12,789 nt of DNA, from NCBI GenBank assembly GCA_043718025.1, contig JAYSWN010000064.1, positions 1-12,789 of the forward strand, given 5' to 3'. This document shows positions 1 to 9,317 of this stretch, piece by piece. The translations under genes and the position numbers were made by a program. Under the pieces are notes generated by a model that saw only the letters and a list, made by a program, of their open reading frames with translations, was not told the DNA's origin and did not search any database. Each line of letters starts with the position of its first letter. Positions within the stretch are counted from its first letter, which is position 1. Origin of the DNA: Pseudomonadota bacterium (GTDB taxonomy: Bacteria > Bdellovibrionota > FAC87 > UBA2466).

Positions 1-1
1 T

Positions 2-463
2 TCGGTAAATATTTTTATGCAGATAAAAGGATTTCCCTTTGCCAATCTCAGAACTAGCGCAATGGGTGCTGGTCCAAACCAGGGTGTCTTGGTAAGCGTT
101 GATGAATCGTTGTTTGACTCAAGTCTCAATTTCCAATTGAACGAACTGCAGAAAAAAAACCGAACTTTAGTTTCTTTTCCACCCGACTCACTAGATTACC
201 TTCACTCAAATCTTCTCCCCCTAACCCCCACGGTTCTTTCTGCCGCAAAAATTCTTTATCCCTATCTTCTCCAATCCCATTTAGCCAATATTGAAAAAAT
301 AGATGTCGTGGTGAGGAGAAGTGATGAGTATTGCGACCTAGGGGACGCCTCCTGCGCCAAGCAGAGTGAACTTCAAATTAAGTTCGACCAAGAACTTGCC
401 CGCAGTTTTAACCTGGTAGCTGCCCACGCCTGGGCAAAGATTTTTGAGAGAAAAAAGAGATGA
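2..463 (+). CDS. 5'-truncated CDS; C-terminal soluble domain of unknown protein, possibly the periplasmic tail of a GT-C (ArnT/PMT-like) membrane glycosyltransferase
   Basis: The frame is open from position 2 (SVNIF-MQIKG...) to TGA at 461-463, so the ATG at 17 is probably internal. Alpha/beta pattern ending ...ELARSFNLVAAHAWAKIFERKKR, a close Cys pair (YCDLGDASC), and glycan-locus context. The family call is pattern recognition only. Confidence 0.55.
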   Translation, partial: SVNIFMQIKGFPFANLRTSAMGAGPNQGVLVSVDESLFDSSLNFQLNELQKKNRTLVSFPPDSLDYLHSNLLPLTPTVLSAAKILYPYLLQSHLANIEKIDVVVRRSDEYCDLGDASCAKQSELQIKFDQELARSFNLVAAHAWAKIFERKKR

Positions 464-464
464 G

Positions 465-1178
465 CTAGAGCGAGCCGGAATCTACGTGAATTGTGGTTCC
501 GGTTATGGAGTTGGCTTCGTCGCCCAACAAGAATCTTACCGTATTGGCCGTAGCTTCTAAAGTAGGGAGTTTTTTCAAGCTGGTACGCTTGGCAATTTTT
601 TCCACCTGGTCCACGCCCAGCTTTTCGGTCATTTTTGTTTTCATAAAACCGGGCGACACACAATTGCTGCGAATGCCGCGCGCACCATATTCACGAGCCA
701 CTCCCCTCGAAAAAGATTCCATGGCACCTTTGGTGGCGCCGTACATCGCAAGCCCCTTGTAGCCGGTGTGCGCGGCCAACGAGGTGATGTTTACGATCGA
801 GCCCGCCGTTTCATGCAGCAACATATCGCGCAACACCTGTTTGGTCAGTAGCATGGGAGACAAAACATTGACCATAAACATGTCGTTCAGTCTTTCGAAA
901 CTTGCATTGGTCACCAGGTCGTCATAGGCGTCGGCCGCGTTATTCACTAAACCAAAAACGGGGCCTTTACTTGCCACCTGCTCTTTAAACACCTCCGAAA
1001 CCGCACTAGCGTTGCGCATATCACAAGGTAGGAATTCAAATCTTTTTGAATAACTATTAGGAATAAGCGGTGCCGTTCTACCCATCCCCACCACTCTGTA
1101 TTCAGTACCATCCAACAGATTCTTCACGATCTCATATCCTAGTCCGCCCGAAACGCCGGTAACGAGTATTATGCGCAT
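465..1178 (-). CDS. SDR family oxidoreductase, FabG-like 3-oxoacyl-ACP reductase
   Basis: TGVSGGLG (TGxxxGxG), VNNAA, catalytic Ser (NITS) and YGATK (YxxxK), SPGFMKT, C-terminal ITGTTIHVDSG. Overlaps the upstream ligase by 10 nt. Confidence 0.93.
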   Translation of the reverse strand: MRIILVTGVSGGLGYEIVKNLLDGTEYRVVGMGRTAPLIPNSYSKRFEFLPCDMRNASAVSEVFKEQVASKGPVFGLVNNAADAYDDLVTNASFERLNDMFMVNVLSPMLLTKQVLRDMLLHETAGSIVNITSLAAHTGYKGLAMYGATKGAMESFSRGVAREYGARGIRSNCVSPGFMKTKMTEKLGVDQVEKIAKRTSLKKLPTLEATANTVRFLLGDEANSITGTTIHVDSGSL

Positions 1179-2398
1179 TTTCTTTCCCTTTTCCCGGTTC
1201 TTCCCAGCTGAATCGAATCAACTGATGTAATCTTTCGGGGAATCATCCATCGTGGTAGCGACTGGGCCAACAACTTTGTCAACGCCAGCTCAAAGTTTGC
1301 CGGAGCCAATTCTTTTTTCACAATCACTTGCGCCTCGAGAACATATCCGGTCACAGAGTTTTCTCGCGGTACCACTACCGCGTCGTGAATCCAGGGAACT
1401 CTCAAGATCGCACTTTCAACTTCATGGGGATTGGCGAGGTAGCCGCCGATATTCACCAGGTCGTGCCGTCGTCCCAAAATTTCAAATGACCCGTCCGTAT
1501 TCAAGTTCACTAGATCGCCAGTGGAATACCACTGATCGGAATTACTCTGGTCGGAAACTTCCGCCACAAGTTCACGCTTAAAAAGCAATTCACCAGATTC
1601 AGAAACTCTAACCTTTGACTTGAGCTCTTCGTTAAGCGTGAAGCGGAATCCGTCCGAAACCAAAACTGTCTCTATCTCGGTAGCCGCAAAAATATTCCGA
1701 ATTCTGGCCGAGGGGAACCTCCGCTTGGCTTCCCGCCACGTCTCTTCGTTCAAGCGTTCGCCACCAAAGGTTACCTGTTTCACCGTAGGCAATGGCGCTT
1801 CCAATTTTGTAAAGAGCAGCCGATAGAATGAAGGTGTTGCGGATAGTGCTGAAACAGATTCAGAAATCAGGGTTTTTGCGATCATCTCTGGACTTGCTCC
1901 AAATAGATTGACCAAAGAACCCTGGTTTAAAAGCGTTTGAAAGAAGACGCGCAGGCCCGCAATATGGGTGGGGTTGTAACAAAGCCCCCACGTTGCGTTT
2001 CGGTACCGCGCGCCGGTTCGTACCTCAGAAAGAAGGGTACTTGCGGAATGAACACTTTTCTTAGGAATACCCGTTGTTCCGCTGGAATAGAGATCAATGG
2101 TCCAGTCGGAACGGCTAATGCGCTCCACAAGACTGTCTATAGATTCTGGTCTCCAGACGACCGGCTCGCTCACGGCTTCGTTTGAGTTTTGCAAACTCTT
2201 AAGGTCGGGGTCGGTCAAGGCAATGTGCCGATGGTTCGCTAATGCCGCCAGAAGCCGAACGTACATTTCATACGGGGGTTCGGTACCCAGCTGACTAGAA
2301 GTAGAGTCAACTCGCCTAATATCGTGAATTAGGTCAGCGTAAGTGCGACGCTGATTCCCGGATGGAGAGTGCCAAAAAATTATTTTTTTTGGGGTCAT
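1169..2398 (-). CDS. AMP-binding (ANL superfamily) acyl-CoA/acyl-ACP ligase, short form
   Basis: P-loop YSSGTTGIPK, FGGE, NIFAATE (A5-like), YSTGDL (A7), GRRHDLVNIGG hinge (A8), PHEVES, and GRTGK with the catalytic Lys (A10). ATGA overlap with the ACP gene at 2395-2398. Confidence 0.9.
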   Translation of the reverse strand: MTPKKIIFWHSPSGNQRRTYADLIHDIRRVDSTSSQLGTEPPYEMYVRLLAALANHRHIALTDPDLKSLQNSNEAVSEPVVWRPESIDSLVERISRSDWTIDLYSSGTTGIPKKSVHSASTLLSEVRTGARYRNATWGLCYNPTHIAGLRVFFQTLLNQGSLVNLFGASPEMIAKTLISESVSALSATPSFYRLLFTKLEAPLPTVKQVTFGGERLNEETWREAKRRFPSARIRNIFAATEIETVLVSDGFRFTLNEELKSKVRVSESGELLFKRELVAEVSDQSNSDQWYSTGDLVNLNTDGSFEILGRRHDLVNIGGYLANPHEVESAILRVPWIHDAVVVPRENSVTGYVLEAQVIVKKELAPANFELALTKLLAQSLPRWMIPRKITSVDSIQLGRTGKRERKCA

Positions 2399-2640
2399 GG
2401 CGTCGATGGGCTTTCCAACGCGGCCAACAGTTCACCAATCGTCTTAACAATACCGTTTTGAAAAACATCAATCCCGCTCCGGTCTTCGAGCCGAACGGTT
2501 AACTCAGCCAGATCAAGGGAATCTAGACCAAGATCACCAGAAAGCGTCAGCGAGGCTTCAAATTGATTTCTCAGCGGTAAACCCTTCTTCTCTAAAATGA
2601 AATTTAAAATTTTTTTCACGTCGTCATGGGGCTTAGGCAT
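2395..2640 (-). CDS. Acyl carrier protein (phosphopantetheine-binding)
   Basis: 81 aa with DLGLDSLDLAEL (Ser41 attachment site) and C-terminal KTIGEL. A GGAGG Shine-Dalgarno lies inside the end of the GNAT gene, with an 8-nt overlap. Confidence 0.93.
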   Translation of the reverse strand: MPKPHDDVKKILNFILEKKGLPLRNQFEASLTLSGDLGLDSLDLAELTVRLEDRSGIDVFQNGIVKTIGELLAALESPSTP

Positions 2641-3361
2641 TGTTAGTCCTCCGAAGAAGGTAACGGGCTTCCACTATTTTAAAGCCAAAGGCTTGGTATA
2701 GCCTCCAGATTCCAACGTTATTCGAAGAAATTTCGGTCTTTACCCGATTAAGCCCCTTAATTTTCGCCATCTGTATTGGATGGTAAATCAGGAGCGCCCC
2801 GTAGCCGCGGCCGTCGTAGCTTGTAAAAATACCGCCTAATTTAATTTGAAGATGATTGTTTTCTGCCTCGGTAAAAATGAACCCAACTGATTTTTCACGA
2901 TAGAGAATGGAGTCAATCGGACTACTTTCTAAACCATAACTATTGCGCAGCCAGTTTATGTAGCGGGCAGCGGAGGTTTGAATGCCAAATTTCGGATCTA
3001 AAGCGATACGATCGGTCTGAAAAATACCCGCCTGAATTTGTTGCAGGAGTAGCTCAAACGCATTGATACTGTTGATACGTTCCAGTCTCGATCGCCGCGC
3101 CAACAACTTCACCTCTTCGGGTATTTCCGGACTGGCGATGAGATCCAGGTCTAAAGAGAACTTTGTCTCCACAAAGCGAAAGCCCTGGTCTTCGAGAGAA
3201 TGGATCAACTCCAAATTACCCATCGGAAGGCTGGCCGCAACGTATCGATGACGGCTCCATATTTCTGGATTGATTTCAGGGAGTTTCTCGCTGCCGTCGA
3301 ATCGTAACTCAACGGAGGTGCCCAAAGTTTCAAGATTCCAAGGAGTATCAAAAAGTACCAC
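2633..3361 (-). CDS. GNAT family N-acyltransferase, WecD/RffC-like (nucleotide-aminosugar N-acyltransferase)
   Basis: Motif A YDGRGYG and motif B SSNNVGIWRLYQAFGF. N-terminal PWN..LG, LEDQGFRFVE and central FQTDRIALDPKF...RYINWL resemble the WecD architecture. GTG start with AAGGAG 9 nt upstream. Confidence 0.8.
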   Translation of the reverse strand: MVLFDTPWNLETLGTSVELRFDGSEKLPEINPEIWSRHRYVAASLPMGNLELIHSLEDQGFRFVETKFSLDLDLIASPEIPEEVKLLARRSRLERINSINAFELLLQQIQAGIFQTDRIALDPKFGIQTSAARYINWLRNSYGLESSPIDSILYREKSVGFIFTEAENNHLQIKLGGIFTSYDGRGYGALLIYHPIQMAKIKGLNRVKTEISSNNVGIWRLYQAFGFKIVEARYLLRRTNNA

Positions 3362-3436
3362 TGCGTCATTCTCCTTTATGGGAGGGGCAAAGGGGCGACC
3401 GCGACTTCCAGCGATAAAAAAGAGGAGCCGCCATCA

Positions 3437-3445
3437 TGATAAGAT
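3437..3445 (+). promoter_or_regulatory. Putative extended -10 element (TGaTAAGAT) for the GT2 gene
   Basis: TGn followed by a TAnnnT hexamer about 40 nt upstream of ATG 3487, in a divergent intergenic region. No clear -35. Confidence 0.35.
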
Positions 3446-3486
3446 CAAAAGCTAATCATATGGAGTAATTGTGCCGAAAAAAGGAT

Positions 3487-4485
3487 ATGGCCACCACATT
3501 TTTTCCATCGCCTAAGGTGAACCAGTTGCCCACCGTGTCAGTCGTGGTGCCCGTGTTCCGAAGTGCGACAACTCTTGCAGAGTTGGTTTCACGCTTAAAG
3601 GCCGCACTCCCGGCATGCAGTTCGAAGTTTGAGGTAGTTCTTGTTGTCGATGGAAGTCCCGATGAAAGCTGGGAGATCATTAAAAAATTGAGCGCGCGTC
3701 ATCCCGAAATTGTGGGACTAAAGCTAATGCGCAACTTCGGCCAACACAGCGCGCTACTGGCTGGAATTCGCCGAGCAAAATACGACTACGTGGTTACCCT
3801 AGATGACGACCTACAAACTCCGCCGGAAGAAATTCATAAACTACTGAGCGTCTCTTGTAAAAACGGGGGAGTCGTTTACGGTGTGCCGCGACAAAAAAAA
3901 CATATCTTTTGGAAAAACTGGGGCAGTTCAGTCTTGAGATTAGCCCTTACGGCCACCCTCGGGGCCACCAACGCCCGCAACGCCAGCTCATTCCGCGCTT
4001 TTCCGACAGTTTTGCGAAAGGCCTTCGACCATTACGATGGGGATTTTGTGTATATCGATGTGCTTTTGAATTGGGGGGCAACCCTTTTTCAGGCCGTTCA
4101 AGTTGAGCACGCCCCACGAAAAGCCGGAGAATCAAACTACTCATTCTTTTCGTTGGCTAGACATGCCATCAACATGGTTACCGGATTCAGTTCGCTACCG
4201 CTTCGGGGAGCAACGGCGCTTGGGTTAAGTACCACGTTTCTCGGGGTGGCGATTCTTGCCTGGGTACTGGGACGCTACTGGGTTGAAGGTGGATCAGTTC
4301 CTGGATTTCCCTTCTTGGCTTCAAGCATTGCTATTTTTTCGGGAGTGCAATTATTTGCCCTCGGTGTAATCGGTGAATATATTGCACGCATTCACTTCAG
4401 GGTCATGAAGCGACCTCCGTACGTAGTTTCAGAACAGGTTACAAAAGAAGATGAGATTACTTTTGTAGCCAAAAAACAGGGGTAA
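3487..4485 (+). CDS. GT2 polyprenyl-phosphate glycosyltransferase (GtrB/ArnC/DPM1-like)
   Basis: SVVVPVF, VVDGSPDES, RNFGQHSALLAG, TLDDDLQTPPEEI, RKAGESNYS, two C-terminal hydrophobic helices and GEYIARI...RPPY. The start could instead be TTG 3469. Confidence 0.93.
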   Translation: MATTFFPSPKVNQLPTVSVVVPVFRSATTLAELVSRLKAALPACSSKFEVVLVVDGSPDESWEIIKKLSARHPEIVGLKLMRNFGQHSALLAGIRRAKYDYVVTLDDDLQTPPEEIHKLLSVSCKNGGVVYGVPRQKKHIFWKNWGSSVLRLALTATLGATNARNASSFRAFPTVLRKAFDHYDGDFVYIDVLLNWGATLFQAVQVEHAPRKAGESNYSFFSLARHAINMVTGFSSLPLRGATALGLSTTFLGVAILAWVLGRYWVEGGSVPGFPFLASSIAIFSGVQLFALGVIGEYIARIHFRVMKRPPYVVSEQVTKEDEITFVAKKQG

Positions 4486-4499
4486 GTTCTTCCCAACTC

Positions 4500-6982
<2,483 letters not shown>

Positions 6983-6990
6983 GGAAGGTC

Positions 6991-7019
6991 TATATATTCG
7001 TCGTTGGGTAAGGTTTCAA
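6991..7019 (-). promoter_or_regulatory. Putative sigma70-type promoter for kdsB-pyrG
   Basis: Minus strand TTGAAA (7019-7014), 17-nt spacer, TATATA (6996-6991), then 8 nt to the ATG. The -10 lacks the conserved final T. Confidence 0.45.
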
Positions 7020-7020
7020 T

Positions 7021-7066
7021 CAAAGAAGAAGGCCGGTCGCCTGGGTGCGGGCAAAGCGACCGGCCT
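7021..7066 (-). terminator. Intrinsic terminator downstream of the 98-aa orphan gene
   Basis: Perfect 11-bp inverted repeat aggccggtcgc (7030-7040) / gcgaccggcct (7056-7066) with a 15-nt loop, followed on the minus strand by TCTTCTTTG. Confidence 0.7.
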
Positions 7067-7111
7067 AACACTCTTTTTTAGGGACAGGGGAACTGAAATG
7101 GTATCAAACCA

Positions 7112-7408
7112 TCAAAAAGCAACTCCTAGATTGATGCCGCGACACTGATCGCGAAGAAGCCGAAGTTTGCTTAACTCAAAAGTATCCCGCCGCGTAACGC
7201 AGCTAGAAAATTTAGCGCCGTGAATCTCCTCAAAAAGGGCAAGCGCTTCACTAAGCTCATCAAAATAGGCGGCCAGCTCACGCGAAATCTGGTTTCGACC
7301 GCCGATAGTGCCCTCGTTTTCCAAGGTGTCGATGACGCTCTGCAGCCAGGCCTCTTGTTCGGCATTGGCTGGCGCCAGCGTTTCCAAAACTTGTTCCCAG
7401 TAATTCAT
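7112..7408 (-). CDS. Hypothetical protein, about 98 aa, acidic and helical
   Basis: Protein-like amphipathic sequence from ATG 7408 (MNYWEQVLETL...), followed by a terminator hairpin. The upstream 45 codons of the tracked ORF (to 7543) look like non-coding leader. Confidence 0.65.
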   Translation of the reverse strand: MNYWEQVLETLAPANAEQEAWLQSVIDTLENEGTIGGRNQISRELAAYFDELSEALALFEEIHGAKFSSCVTRRDTFELSKLRLLRDQCRGINLGVAF

Positions 7409-7542
7409 GATTTTTTTTGAATCGGTACGTAGGTGGGCTTTAAAAATCGAGAAGATGCCGTAGATATTACGAAAAGCTCGGCCATGCCACCAACGTACTG
7501 CTTCGAGCCTCTGTAGGATGATCATGACATAGACCAAATACA

Positions 7543-7559
7543 CTTAACAAGATGTTAAG
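7543..7559. promoter_or_regulatory. Palindromic operator-like site CTTAACA-aga-TGTTAAG
   Basis: Perfect 7-3-7 inverted repeat near the middle of the divergent intergenic region. ATGTTAAGA recurs at 7598-7606. Confidence 0.5.
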
Positions 7560-7718
7560 ATTCCTACACTTTTCACCCAATCTCCATTGCTTCCGCTATG
7601 TTAAGACTTTGTGAAGAAATCTTCAAAATGTGAGTGTCACCAGCGCCTACATCCTCAAGTATGGGGCTTCAGTGGGAGAGCTGAAAAGGGTTTACTAGGG
7701 CCGGTTAGGGGGAAGTTG

Positions 7719-8300
7719 ATGATTAAGAATGCACTAATCTTTGGGGTAGGGATTTTAAGTTTGGGTTCGGGTCACAGCGCCTACGCTGGGCTCTGTTCTA
7801 TGGACAAAACCGTTCCAGGTTTGCCTAAAGCCAGCTGCCAAATGCCCTCTTGTCCGCAGGGCATCGATTGCCAGGCGCCCGAAATCACGCGGGAAGCTTC
7901 TAGAATTGATTACAAAGAGCCGCTCATCCGCTGGCAAGACATCTGCTCAGAACCCGCTTTAGCGTCGGGACCCTGTTGGGAGGTATTCTTGGATTTTAAG
8001 GTGATGTTCGATGCGAAAGACGCTTCGGGCATCGCCTCCATCGGCGTTAATTTGGCCCAAGAAGTTTCGGCCCGCCGCTTATTTAAAAAATTTATGGCCT
8101 CGGTCTCGACCAAAGGCGCCTCGGGAAAATGGGAAATGCAGGGAACGATGACCGCCCACGTTCCACCCGGTCAGCGTTTGGACATTGATGTGTACGAGCT
8201 GTGCGCTCGTGACACTAACGGTAACGAAGCTTGTGCCCTTCCCTTTCGCCGACAAGAGCTTGGGTTTTCAACCGGTAACCTTGACGAAAATCGGTTTTAA
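7719..8300 (+). CDS. Secreted Cys-rich hypothetical protein (193 aa), possible Ig-like beta-sandwich
   Basis: ATG 7719 follows a G-rich SD. Sec signal MIKNALIFGVGILSLGSGHSAYA (AxA), 8 Cys, and APEI...AKDASGIASI...ARDTNGN pattern reminiscent of bacterial Ig-like repeats. Confidence 0.75.
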   Translation: MIKNALIFGVGILSLGSGHSAYAGLCSMDKTVPGLPKASCQMPSCPQGIDCQAPEITREASRIDYKEPLIRWQDICSEPALASGPCWEVFLDFKVMFDAKDASGIASIGVNLAQEVSARRLFKKFMASVSTKGASGKWEMQGTMTAHVPPGQRLDIDVYELCARDTNGNEACALPFRRQELGFSTGNLDENRF

Positions 8301-8330
8301 AAGCGATCCGACGAAATGATCGTTTTTTTT
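8299..8330 (+). terminator. Intrinsic terminator between convergent genes
   Basis: Stem gcgatc (8303-8308) / gatcgt (8318-8323) with a 9-nt loop and T8 (8323-8330). A4 on the left side could allow weak bidirectional use. Confidence 0.6.
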
Positions 8331-9226
8331 CAACAAGCTTTTATTTTACAGCTTTTGTTCCAGTAATTTGCCATCAGCTGGTTCAATTCTTTTTCATTTT
8401 TCGCAAAAACCAGGTTTACGTCTTTTCCATCGTGAATCAATTCATAGCTCTCGGCAGAAAGCGCCGGAAATACGCGGTGAGGATGAATTTCCCACCCCTT
8501 AAAACCCAACGCTTGTAGGTTAAGAACCAATTCGGTTGCCGAGTGGCCACTTTCCCGCAACGCCGCCGGAAACACCTCGATCAGTAAAAGCACCTCTGGA
8601 TTTCGGCGAATGGTTTCTTTCATTCCCGCCAGCACCGCCACCTCGTGGCCCTGCACATCAATCTTGATCAGTTTTATTTTGCCCTCAGCAATGGAAGTCA
8701 GCGCATCATCGAGCCGAACGATTTCAACGCTCTGAATTGCGGCTTGGCCATTGGCTTCGCTCACCGTTCGGTGATCTCCAAAATTGACTCGGTCAATTTG
8801 GAGGTGGGCGATTCCCGCCTGGTCTCCAACTGCCTTTTGGTGAGCCACGACATTGGCACACTGGTTCTGTTTTAGATTTTGAGTAAGAAGATCAAAGTTG
8901 TGGCTTTCGGGTTCAAAAGCAACGACTGCCCCCTGTTCACCGACGCGGCCACTTAGAAAAACGGAATGCAATCCAAGATTAGCCCCCACATCCACGCAAA
9001 CCGAACCCTTTAGGTCAACCTGCTCAATAAAATTTAAAACCTCCTGCTCATAGGTGTGTTCAAGGTACAGCAATCTCGCCACGATTTGGTCGCGCAGATC
9101 TACGTTGAGCGAACCAAATTTTGTCTGCACGAGCTGATGGGGGGCTAATCGCTGAAGTAGCGGTAAAAAAATTCGGCGCGACGCAAATCTTCGAATTCGT
9201 GCTGCCGACACAGGTAGTAGACCCAA
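8330..9226 (-). CDS. FkbM family SAM-dependent methyltransferase
   Basis: VDVGANLG, VVAFEP, HQKAVGD, VRLDD, LIKIDVQGHEVAVLAGM. TTG start preceded by AGGAGG. Confidence 0.93.
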   Translation of the reverse strand: MGLLPVSAARIRRFASRRIFLPLLQRLAPHQLVQTKFGSLNVDLRDQIVARLLYLEHTYEQEVLNFIEQVDLKGSVCVDVGANLGLHSVFLSGRVGEQGAVVAFEPESHNFDLLTQNLKQNQCANVVAHQKAVGDQAGIAHLQIDRVNFGDHRTVSEANGQAAIQSVEIVRLDDALTSIAEGKIKLIKIDVQGHEVAVLAGMKETIRRNPEVLLLIEVFPAALRESGHSATELVLNLQALGFKGWEIHPHRVFPALSAESYELIHDGKDVNLVFAKNEKELNQLMANYWNKSCKIKAC

Positions 9227-9258
9227 AATAAGCCTCCTAAACGAAAAACTTTTTTTTG

Positions 9259-9267
9259 ATTATAGCA
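9259..9267 (-). promoter_or_regulatory. Consensus extended -10 promoter TGcTATAAT for the FkbM gene
   Basis: Reverse complement of attatagca is TGCTATAAT, lying about 32 nt upstream of the TTG start, with AGGAGG between them. Confidence 0.7.
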
Positions 9268-9317
9268 TTGAACCATGGCCTTAAGCGCGTCACGTCCGCG
9301 ACACTCGGCAACGCGAA

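Noticed and set aside
2372..2392. T8 tract (A8 in codons 3-6 of the ligase) within an A/T inverted repeat, as a phase-variation or frameshift site
   Set aside because: Runs of 8 also occur at 152-159, 3893-3900, 7411-7418, 9250-9257 and 12687-12694. I saw none longer and all frames are intact, so this looks like background. The ACP stop precedes the tract, so no ACP-ligase fusion results.
465..2640. Core fatty-acid synthesis genes (fabG/acpP) or an NRPS/PKS cluster
   Set aside because: No ketosynthase, FabD, condensation or thioesterase gene is present, the ACP is unlike housekeeping AcpP, and the context is glycan tailoring. Gene symbols were withheld.
3487..4485. Assignment as arnC (lipid A L-Ara4N modification)
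   Set aside because: Family-level motifs only. No arnA, arnB or arnD is in the window, so the sugar specificity is unknown.
7030..7066. Hairpin as a REP/MITE element, riboswitch or CRISPR repeat
   Set aside because: Single copy in the window, with position and U-rich tail adequately explained by a terminator.
7476..7493. Sigma54 promoter-like TGGCATG on the minus strand
   Set aside because: The GG to GC spacing is 9 nt rather than the required 10, and there is no TTGC.
7409..7718. Longer starts in the ORF track (7543 on minus, 7611 on plus)
   Set aside because: The extensions are not protein-like and cover the likely promoter region. ATG 7719 has an SD and gives a clean signal peptide.
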